Notes: generated by a model from the letters alone, not told the origin. Counted from the stretch's first letter, positions 1 to 6,970 are shown. The stretch is 11,381 bases of DNA from Candidatus Heimdallarchaeota archaeon (GCA_048881705.1 JBHLSH010000096.1:1-11381); one strand, 5' to 3'. A program made the numbers and translations.

Positions 1-1
1 A

Positions 2-310
2 AATTTGGAAGGTTACAAAAACTGCAATATCCCCATCTGGCCAGTTGTTAGAGGCGAGATTCAGACATACAGAGTTATTACTATTTCTGCGCTTTTAAGT
101 TCATTTGTGATTATAGTTTTAGGAATCTTGTTGAAAATTAATCCCTTGACCTGGCTAATACTTCTTGTTTTCTGTTTTTTTATATTTTATCAGGCCATAA
201 CCAATCTCAAACGCCCTTCCAACGCGAGAACATATAGAATATTCAAATTGGCTTCTATGTTCATGGCATTTGCTTTCTTCTGGCTTTTTATGGGCGTAGC
301 TTTCTCTTAA
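2..310 (+). CDS. ctaB: Protoheme IX farnesyltransferase (heme O synthase, UbiA prenyltransferase family), C-terminal part; 5' end lies outside the window
   Basis: Frame is open from the window edge (aat ttg gaa...), so the TTG at 5 is probably internal. EGYKNCNIPIWPVVRG matches the CtaB/CyoE 'DY..agiPmlPvv.G' motif, followed by three hydrophobic helices and a 'NARTYRIFKLASMFMAFAF' segment typical of the CtaB C-terminus. Confidence 0.7.
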   Translation, partial: NLEGYKNCNIPIWPVVRGEIQTYRVITISALLSSFVIIVLGILLKINPLTWLILLVFCFFIFYQAITNLKRPSNARTYRIFKLASMFMAFAFFWLFMGVAFS

Positions 311-343
311 AAGGATTAGCCACAATTTCCAGATGAAAACCCT

Positions 344-1507
344 TCAGATCCCGGCATTTTCTTTGAGAATTGGTGCAATATCTGTTTTTTCCCACAAGAA
401 ATCGGGATCCTCCCGTCCAAAATGGCCATACGCTGCCGTTTTCCTATAAATGGGTCGCTTGAGTTTTAATCTTTCAATGATCATTCCCGGTCGAAAATCA
501 AAATGTTTGTGGATCAGCTCGAGGATATCATCTTCTGGGATGGTGTATGTCCCTTTTGTTTCAATGTTTATGCCTAGGGGTTTTGGTACTCCAATTGCGT
601 AGGCCACCTGAATTTCACATCTTTTGGCTAATCCAGCAGCGACAATGTTCTTTGCGGCCCATCTGGCTGCGTAGGACCCGCTACGATCAACTTTGGAGGG
701 ATCTTTTCCAGAAAAACAACCTCCGCCATGGCTACCTACCCCCCCGTAGGTATCTACAATTATTTTCCTCCCAGTGAGGCCTGTATCCCCATGGGGCCCA
801 CCTGTGACAAATCTACCTGTCTCATTAACAAAATATTCTGTTTTTTCCGTCAAATATTTGGCAGGTACAACTGTCTTAATGATTTTCTCGATGGTCTCTT
901 CCTTGAGTTCTGTATGCGATACCTCTTCATTATGTTGTGCTGCAATTACCACAGTTCGGACACTGTTTGGCTTGCCGTTTAAATACTCTACTGTAACTTG
1001 GGATTTCCCATCAGGACGCAACCAAGATATTTCACGTTTTTTTCTGGCTTCTGCTAGTCTCATTGTCAAAGCATGAGCCAAAGTAATGGGAAGAGGCATG
1101 AGTGAAGCTGTTTCATCGCATGCATAACCAAACATGAGTCCTTGGTCTCCCGCACCTTGTTCTTCGGGGGTAGGTCTAACGACCCCTTGGGCGATGTCAG
1201 GGCTTTGTTCATGAATTGCGTTTAAGACACCGACCGTTTGATAATCAAATCCCATTCTTGCGTCCGTATAACCGATATCCTTTACTGTATTGCGTACAAT
1301 ATCTTGAATATCAACATATGCGGTTGTGCTAATTTCCCCCCCAACAATAGCCATACCAGTCGTCAAATATGTCTCACAAGCCACTCGTCCGTCAGGATCC
1401 TCAGATAAAATTGAATCAAGAACAGCATCGGAAATTTGATCGGCCATTTTATCTGGATGTCCCTCTGTCACCGATTCTGAAGTAAATAGGTGTCTAGTAC
1501 TCGCCAT
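344..1507 (-). CDS. metK: S-adenosylmethionine synthetase (methionine adenosyltransferase), bacterial/eukaryotic type
   Basis: 387 aa with the signatures [66 protein letters not shown] and YGHFGR. Confidence 0.98.
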   Translation of the reverse strand: MASTRHLFTSESVTEGHPDKMADQISDAVLDSILSEDPDGRVACETYLTTGMAIVGGEISTTAYVDIQDIVRNTVKDIGYTDARMGFDYQTVGVLNAIHEQSPDIAQGVVRPTPEEQGAGDQGLMFGYACDETASLMPLPITLAHALTMRLAEARKKREISWLRPDGKSQVTVEYLNGKPNSVRTVVIAAQHNEEVSHTELKEETIEKIIKTVVPAKYLTEKTEYFVNETGRFVTGGPHGDTGLTGRKIIVDTYGGVGSHGGGCFSGKDPSKVDRSGSYAARWAAKNIVAAGLAKRCEIQVAYAIGVPKPLGINIETKGTYTIPEDDILELIHKHFDFRPGMIIERLKLKRPIYRKTAAYGHFGREDPDFLWEKTDIAPILKENAGI

Positions 1508-1629
1508 AATTCCGTTCCTTCATGAAATGGGGTTCTCAAGATGTGAATAGGCTTTTTTTTACAGAATTCTTAAGATTCACTGAAAAAAAAATTCCCGATT
1601 TTCAACTCACAAAGAAAGACCATAAGAGG

Positions 1630-1638
1630 TTTATAAAA
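1630..1638 (-). promoter_or_regulatory. Candidate archaeal TATA box for metK
   Basis: TTTTATAAA on the minus strand about 125 nt upstream of the metK ATG, directly preceded by the near-palindrome CGCCCATATGGCG (1639-1651). Confidence 0.45.
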
Positions 1639-1922
1639 CGCCATATGGGCGAGAAGATAAATGATGGAAGTTCACGATCGAGATTTAGAACCTGAACTTC
1701 TAGATTTAGACTAGAAATGCCAAATAAAGTCAAATAACTGATCATAGGGTCGCTATCGTTAAGATTACCTTAGGGATTAAAGTTTGTAGGGCGAGTACCA
1801 AGCCCTCATCCTGATTTTGGCTAGCATAAACCTATAGAATTGCCCGCTCTATCTTACGATGCTTCACTAGGATTATTACGATGCCATAAAATGCGAATAG
1901 AATATACCTTTTCCAAGGCATC

Positions 1923-1936
1923 AATAAAAAATAAAG
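1923..1936 (-). terminator. Oligo(dT) tract, candidate archaeal terminator after the phosphorylase gene
   Basis: CTTTATTTTTTATT on the minus strand, starting 10 nt after the TGA at 1947-1949. Confidence 0.4.
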
Positions 1937-1946
1937 ACGCAGGACT

Positions 1947-2753
1947 TCATCTTAGGTGGTTTGCACAACTGCAAGTCAAACTGAGATCTATCTTGTCTAC
2001 CACATGAAAGAATAGGTTCTTTAGCTCATCCTGACGTGTTTGAAAGATGTCAATGACCTCTTTCTGGCTTAATTCAGGTTGTAAACCTGCGGCACGATTA
2101 GTTACGACAGAAACGGCAGCATAACAAATTCCTAGCTCCCGGCACAGAATCGCTTCAGACGGGTTTGTCATTCCAACGAGATCGCCGCCCATCCGTTTGA
2201 TGGCATTGATTTCAGCAGGAGTCTCAAATCGTGGACCATATGTTCTGAAATAGGTACCAGAGAAATGACTTCTAGAAGACTCTTTGAGTTGTTCGATAAA
2301 GAGGTTTCTCAGGGTGGGACAGTAAGGCTCACTCATGTCAATATGGATAACGCCCTTTAGATCTGAGCCATCGAATTTCTTTAGCATGAGATCGCCATCG
2401 AAAAACGATAATGGATGAGAAAAATCGATAAACTGGTCTATGACAACGAAATCGCCTGGCTGCATCTCGGGATTTATAGCACCGACCGCCGCTGTTCCTA
2501 GAGCTCGAGTTACACCGAGTTCCTTGAGTGCGAAGACATTAGCCTTGAAATTGATCCTATGAGGGGGGATCGTGTGCTCTTGACCGTGCCGTGGGATAAA
2601 ATAAACGCTCTTCGTGTTCAAAGATTGGTGAAAAACTGTAACGGGCTTATGTGAAAACGGAGTCGGGATATGCTTAGCTTTAGGATGAGGTAGGAATGAA
2701 TAAAACCCAGATCCCCCAAGGATACCGATAGCTGAGGTTTTCCCAGCAGACAT
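1947..2753 (-). CDS. MTAP/PNP family (trimeric type) phosphorylase; probably S-methyl-5'-thioinosine / 6-oxopurine nucleoside phosphorylase
   Basis: 268 aa with IGILGGSG, FIPRHGQEHTIPPHRINFKAN, AVGAIN, DQFIDF, MSEPYCPTLR, GPRFETPAEI, LVGMT and VVTNRAAG. The Glu in FET and the Asn in TN are the 6-oxopurine-type residues. Confidence 0.9.
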   Translation of the reverse strand: MSAGKTSAIGILGGSGFYSFLPHPKAKHIPTPFSHKPVTVFHQSLNTKSVYFIPRHGQEHTIPPHRINFKANVFALKELGVTRALGTAAVGAINPEMQPGDFVVIDQFIDFSHPLSFFDGDLMLKKFDGSDLKGVIHIDMSEPYCPTLRNLFIEQLKESSRSHFSGTYFRTYGPRFETPAEINAIKRMGGDLVGMTNPSEAILCRELGICYAAVSVVTNRAAGLQPELSQKEVIDIFQTRQDELKNLFFHVVDKIDLSLTCSCANHLR

Positions 2754-2762
2754 GTGGGATAC

Positions 2763-2768
2763 TCACCT
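2763..2768 (-). promoter_or_regulatory. Shine-Dalgarno AGGTGA overlapping the BMP stop codon, 9 nt before the phosphorylase ATG (translational coupling)
   Basis: Minus strand reads AGGTGA-GTATCCCAC-ATG; the TGA is the stop codon of the upstream gene. Confidence 0.65.
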
Positions 2769-3917
2769 ATCCTTTTTTGATAAACGCGGACCTAAGGAAA
2801 CTATAGCGACGATAACAACCATCGTGCCAAACAACATAAACCAATCAAGGCCAGGCGTATTCGAGGCTACTCTGAAATTTGTAGGTATGATCAGATCGTC
2901 TTCTACAACATCTTGGTATATCTGGTGTAAAGTTTCGTTTACTGTGGATGGATCTTCCCAATCGGTAGGATAAAACACGTCATCTTCAATTCCAAAAGAT
3001 ACCTCACCTCCGAAAAAGCCCGTTTGATTATAAAGGTCAAACATGAACATAAGCGTTTTCGTGTTATTTTTCATAACAGCAAAAGGATGGGTAGAATCAA
3101 TAGAAACAATATGTTTTTCAGGACCAGTGAATCCTTGACGAAGCCCAGCTGTATTATTGCTTTGCACTCCAGCAAATAGAACTTCAAACTCGGATTTGAG
3201 ATTATTACCAACTTGACGTGAGGTCGTAGCATTGGCCCAGTGGCCAATAAAGTCGATCCGTGCCTCGTCAATCTCCGTAGCGTTGCGAAAAACAGCGCTT
3301 TGGAATCCTGCAAGTAATTGGCTTGACCGAGGATCCCCTCGATAGGTACCGATCATTGCTACTTTGGTTGGATTAAAAACGGCCGTAGTTAATGCTCCTG
3401 CCATGTACCCTAACTCATTCTCCCGAAAGCTCACAATGGCCAAATTACTTGGCATTTCAGTTCCTGAATAGTACGGGACTTCTCCAGAAAGATCGTAGAA
3501 GAGAAAGTTGGGCTGACTAAAATCGGAGATGTTGAAAAATCCCCATCTAAGCGTATAACCAGCGATTACGATAAGATCATATTGCCCAGAATTGATTAGT
3601 TCTTTTGCTAGATGCGAATGGTTCGTCGTTGTTTCATTGTGAGTGTAGCTAACAATATAGGGGGACCGAGAAATTTCGGTATAATTCGTAAGTAAAAAAG
3701 GATCATAGTCGATACCAAATGTTTCATTCACTGCATCAAACCCATTTAATAGGTCATCAATAAATGTACTATCATAAAACTGAGTTGTATCGATTATAAC
3801 GGCAATCCTCTGAATACTTTGAAAATTAGCTCCATAATTCACATTTAAAGGAAATAAAAAGAGCAATAGAAGGATTGCAATCGTGAATTTGCTTGGTATT
3901 TGCTTTGGTGGTATCAC
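2763..3917 (-). CDS. BMP/PnrA-family ABC-type substrate-binding protein (purine nucleoside-binding family) with a signal peptide and C-terminal membrane anchor
   Basis: BMP pattern: IAVIIDT..YDSTF, YDLIVIAGY, SFRENELGYMAGAL, KVAMIG, GHWAN, VSID. N-terminal hydrophobic segment and C-terminal TPGL-TM-basic tail. The longest ORF runs to TTG 4013; GTG 3917 is preferred because a TATA-like box (3981-3988) lies inside the longer version and 3917 gives a normal signal peptide. Confidence 0.8.
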   Translation of the reverse strand: MIPPKQIPSKFTIAILLLLFLFPLNVNYGANFQSIQRIAVIIDTTQFYDSTFIDDLLNGFDAVNETFGIDYDPFLLTNYTEISRSPYIVSYTHNETTTNHSHLAKELINSGQYDLIVIAGYTLRWGFFNISDFSQPNFLFYDLSGEVPYYSGTEMPSNLAIVSFRENELGYMAGALTTAVFNPTKVAMIGTYRGDPRSSQLLAGFQSAVFRNATEIDEARIDFIGHWANATTSRQVGNNLKSEFEVLFAGVQSNNTAGLRQGFTGPEKHIVSIDSTHPFAVMKNNTKTLMFMFDLYNQTGFFGGEVSFGIEDDVFYPTDWEDPSTVNETLHQIYQDVVEDDLIIPTNFRVASNTPGLDWFMLFGTMVVIVAIVSLGPRLSKKDR

Positions 3918-3980
3918 AAGTTTGCCCCGAACCAGTTTGATGAAAGAAGTTCTCGCGGTTTCTTTATTTAATGGTTTCTT

Positions 3981-3988
3981 TTTAAATA
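3981..3988 (-). promoter_or_regulatory. Candidate TATA box for the BMP-phosphorylase operon
   Basis: TATTTAAA on the minus strand preceded by A-rich CAAAAC, about 65 nt upstream of GTG 3917. Confidence 0.3.
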
Positions 3989-4411
3989 GTTTTGAAAACG
4001 GGTGGGGATTCAATGTGATAAATGCTTATAATTGTGATTTTCCGTTTAAATCTAATCAAAACGGGCTTTCCCAAAAATTCACCTTAAGACAGCCATTTTT
4101 AACAGCCAATTAGGATGAATAATACGCATTGGTACTCCTAACCGGTTTTAAGGAAAACTCTATGTTGTAGAATGGAGACTCAGGATATAAATGGGAATTA
4201 TGCCCGATCTAACTCTTATGTTGAGCCATCTGATTCTTAAAATGTTCCGTTTCATACAATTGTGACGTGATGAACACAAATACGTCCCAGATGCATTTCA
4301 GGTTTCAGATTACCTGTTTAAAATCTATCTTTCAAAAAATGATTCCAGATCGAAAGCTGAGGGTTTTTAATCTGGGCGTTAGCGTCCTACTATGGAATGG
4401 ATGCGGCTATA

Positions 4412-5776
4412 ATGATCGAGACAGAAGTTCTTGTGGTTGGTGGGGGGCCCGCGGGCGTCATCGCAGCCACGACCGCAGCGAAAGCTGGCAGGCAGGTGAC
4501 TCTAGTCGACAGCAAGCCTCATGAGGAGATTGGTAACAAAGTTTGTGGAGATGCTCTGGACATTGAGCCAATTAAGTTCCTGAGAGAAAAACTGGGAATA
4601 GAATTTCCACACGGAAACGAGGTAAGTGACATAGTTAAAACACTGTTAATTCAAGCACGCGATCTGGGTTTTCCGATAAAGGGAGAAAAATTAGGATATG
4701 TCGTAAATAGACATAATTATGGTCAAAGATTATTGTTGGCTGCCGAAAAAGCTGGAGTCGAAGTGAAAGATAGAATATGGGTGAAAAGTCCTCTTGTAGA
4801 TAACGCTTCGGTTATGGGAGTCAAATTCAAGGACTTGAAAGACAATTCAATAGGGGAGATAAAATCAAAGGTTACCATCGATTGTTCTGGGTATAAGTGT
4901 ACCGTTCGTAAAAACCTTCCACATGATAAATTTCCGCTGTTAGAGCCTGGGATGCGCAATGAAGACGTTATGGTCTCCTATCGAGAGATCGTAGATTTGC
5001 GAGATGGATTAGAAAATCATGATTATGCCAATACGATTGCGTTGATTTATAAAGATGACATTCCAGTACCTGGTTACTTCTGGGTATTTTCGGAGGGAGA
5101 TTATAGGTTGAATTTAGGAATATGTTACTATCGGGAAATGAAGACAAGTGAATCCACACGTAATCTCTATCAGCGCATTTTAGAACGAGATTATTATACG
5201 TCTGACCAGTTCACAATTAACCATGCTCAGGGGTACCAAATACCCGTCCGATACCCGCTATTAAATGCGGTTGCAGACGGGTTCCTAACTGCAGGCGATG
5301 CCGCCCATCACGTGGATCCATTTACAGCGGAGGGACACGGGCCAGCGCTTATAGCTGGTTATTATGCAGGTATGACGGCAGCAGATGCTATCGAAACAGG
5401 AGATACTAGTCAAGAGAAACTTTGGTCTTACAATAAAGCAGTCATGGACCATTTCGGATCTCAACAGTGTAAAACCCAAGTTTTTACCAATGCTTTATGT
5501 CAGATCGGTGTGAGCGGTTTAGAGTTTATGTTCAAACGGGAGGTAATTTCAAGTGATGCGTTATTGGAGTTGAATGAAGGAAATGGGCCTTCGCGTACTG
5601 ACATCCTACGCCTACTGGTACGATTGTTTCCCAGATATAACATTCTTCGCGAACTTGGACGTGTCGCACACACCACTTCCAAGCTTAGCGCCATCATCGA
5701 TAACTATCCAGCCGGTCCAGACCAATTTCCTATGTGGAGCAAGCGGTTCATGGCAATTATGCATAACGACGGATAA
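4412..5776 (+). CDS. Digeranylgeranylglycerophospholipid reductase / geranylgeranyl reductase (FAD-dependent), Sulfolobus-like long form
   Basis: VLVVGGGPAG FAD motif, DSKP....GNKVCGDA, VSYRE, GYFWVF, AGDAA..VDPFTAEG, LWSYN and C-terminal NYP..P..F..W, which I recall as characteristic of the Sulfolobus acidocaldarius GGR. Start at ATG 4412 or 4397. Confidence 0.85.
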   Translation: MIETEVLVVGGGPAGVIAATTAAKAGRQVTLVDSKPHEEIGNKVCGDALDIEPIKFLREKLGIEFPHGNEVSDIVKTLLIQARDLGFPIKGEKLGYVVNRHNYGQRLLLAAEKAGVEVKDRIWVKSPLVDNASVMGVKFKDLKDNSIGEIKSKVTIDCSGYKCTVRKNLPHDKFPLLEPGMRNEDVMVSYREIVDLRDGLENHDYANTIALIYKDDIPVPGYFWVFSEGDYRLNLGICYYREMKTSESTRNLYQRILERDYYTSDQFTINHAQGYQIPVRYPLLNAVADGFLTAGDAAHHVDPFTAEGHGPALIAGYYAGMTAADAIETGDTSQEKLWSYNKAVMDHFGSQQCKTQVFTNALCQIGVSGLEFMFKREVISSDALLELNEGNGPSRTDILRLLVRLFPRYNILRELGRVAHTTSKLSAIIDNYPAGPDQFPMWSKRFMAIMHNDG

Positions 5777-5793
5777 CGGGAAGGCTTCGTTAT
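5771..5793 (+). terminator. Hairpin at the reductase stop codon, possible terminator
   Basis: ATAACGGG-AAGGC-TTCGTTAT stem (6 Watson-Crick plus 2 G-U pairs) overlapping the TAA; no strong U-tract follows. Confidence 0.25.
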
Positions 5794-6068
5794 ACCTTAA
5801 ATGTGACCTAGTTCGGTTATTCTGAATTATCTACAATGATTATTCAATGGATTTCATGACATCGAGTACAAGAGCAACTTACTCGATTCTATCTAGGATA
5901 GCATATAAAGAAGTTCGAGTAAAAAGTAGTTAACCCTCCAAATGGGCAGCCAAAAGCCCGAATTGCAAAAAGTTAAATAAATCCTTAAAATGGTGAAATT
6001 TCAACAAAGGTTTTGTCTATCCACATTTGTTGTGTACAGAGAAAAAACTTAATCCGCGGTGTAAACAT

Positions 6069-6881
6069 ATGGTGTCAAGGTTAACGGTTTTGGGATTAAT
6101 TTTTGCTGTTATTGGCGCTATTCCACTTATCATTAACACATTCCAATTAATGACCCTACCTTTGATGGCAGGAAGTGGACCGATTATAATGAACAACGTA
6201 CCATTGGGAGTGGGTGCTGGTACAAGCGAGGGTTTAGGAATCAGCAATAGTCACCCGTTATTTGTAAATGTACGAGTAGAATTTATTTTAAGTTCACCCG
6301 ACGCTATTTCATGTAATGCATGGATAACCATTGACGCAGCCGCTGGTTCAGGAACCCTGGGCCAGGTAAGTCAATTAACTGGCCCCAGTGGAACAGACAC
6401 ACGGTACGTACTGACTGGTATAGTTCCCCCTAGTTATACATCATCTTCATTCTCCATTAACCTTAATATTCTGAATACCGGCCCGAATACCTTGGAATTG
6501 AAGGATAGGCGTGTCCAAGTGTTTTATTCCTTATGGGGACAGGTTCTGCCAGGACTTATCTTCGTAATAGGTCTTGTTCTGATAATCTTCGGTTTTATGC
6601 AAGGCCGTAAAACCAGGGTTCGTAAGCCTACTCCCGTAACACCAGGATGGGAACCAACACTTCAATGGAGTGGTGGTGCCCGTGGAACGCGCGACACACC
6701 GAAAGAATCTAAAAAATCAAGATTCTCGATTAGATCATCCAAACAGCCTACGACAGTTCAACGAAAAGTAGTTAGAAAGGCTGCGCCCGCATCCGCGGGT
6801 CAGATTGACTGTAAGTTCTGTGGAAAAAAAGTTTCACCAACGGCCTTCTTCTGTCCTCATTGTTACGGCAAGCTACGTTAA
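6069..6881 (+). CDS. Membrane protein of unknown function: N-terminal TM/signal, beta-rich outer domain, second TM, basic cytoplasmic linker, C-terminal zinc ribbon
   Basis: Hydrophobic LTVLGLIFAVIGAIPLII and VLPGLIFVIGLVLIIFGFM segments; C-terminal CKFC-x10-CPHC. ATG 6069 is preferred over TTG 6027. Confidence 0.8.
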   Translation: MVSRLTVLGLIFAVIGAIPLIINTFQLMTLPLMAGSGPIIMNNVPLGVGAGTSEGLGISNSHPLFVNVRVEFILSSPDAISCNAWITIDAAAGSGTLGQVSQLTGPSGTDTRYVLTGIVPPSYTSSSFSINLNILNTGPNTLELKDRRVQVFYSLWGQVLPGLIFVIGLVLIIFGFMQGRKTRVRKPTPVTPGWEPTLQWSGGARGTRDTPKESKKSRFSIRSSKQPTTVQRKVVRKAAPASAGQIDCKFCGKKVSPTAFFCPHCYGKLR

Positions 6882-6970
6882 TTCGAATTTCATCTGAATA
6901 CCTGAACAGGGGAAGCTTCTCTCCCCGATCATAAAAACACCTAGATCGATGGGTCGGCAGGTGCAATATT

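Noticed and set aside
547-1076. Plus-strand ORFs 547-777, 728-982 and 774-1076
   Set aside because: Antisense shadows of the highly conserved metK, with no recognisable protein features.
1661-1714. 17-aa acidic ORF MMEVHDRDLEPELLDLD on the plus strand
   Set aside because: Too short and without RBS or family support; its periodicity is explained by the AGATTTAGA repeat.
1508-1946. Canonical SAM-I, SAM-II or SAM-III riboswitch, or fluoride riboswitch, upstream of metK
   Set aside because: Required cores (SAM-I AUCxAGAG, GCAACC and GUGC; SMK box; fluoride GAUGG..UUCGCC with a downstream GAUGAC) are absent. Only loose fragments such as GGATGAGGGC resemble them.
1856-1949. Selenocysteine-type read-through of TGA stops (metK, phosphorylase, BMP and hflX all end in TGA)
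   Set aside because: Each protein is complete at its TGA, the read-through sequences resemble no domain, and I see no SECIS-like element.
4267-4524. 85-aa ORF overlapping the GGR start in another frame
   Set aside because: Overlaps the conserved FAD-binding motif out of frame and has no homology signal; the region is more likely the divergent promoter.
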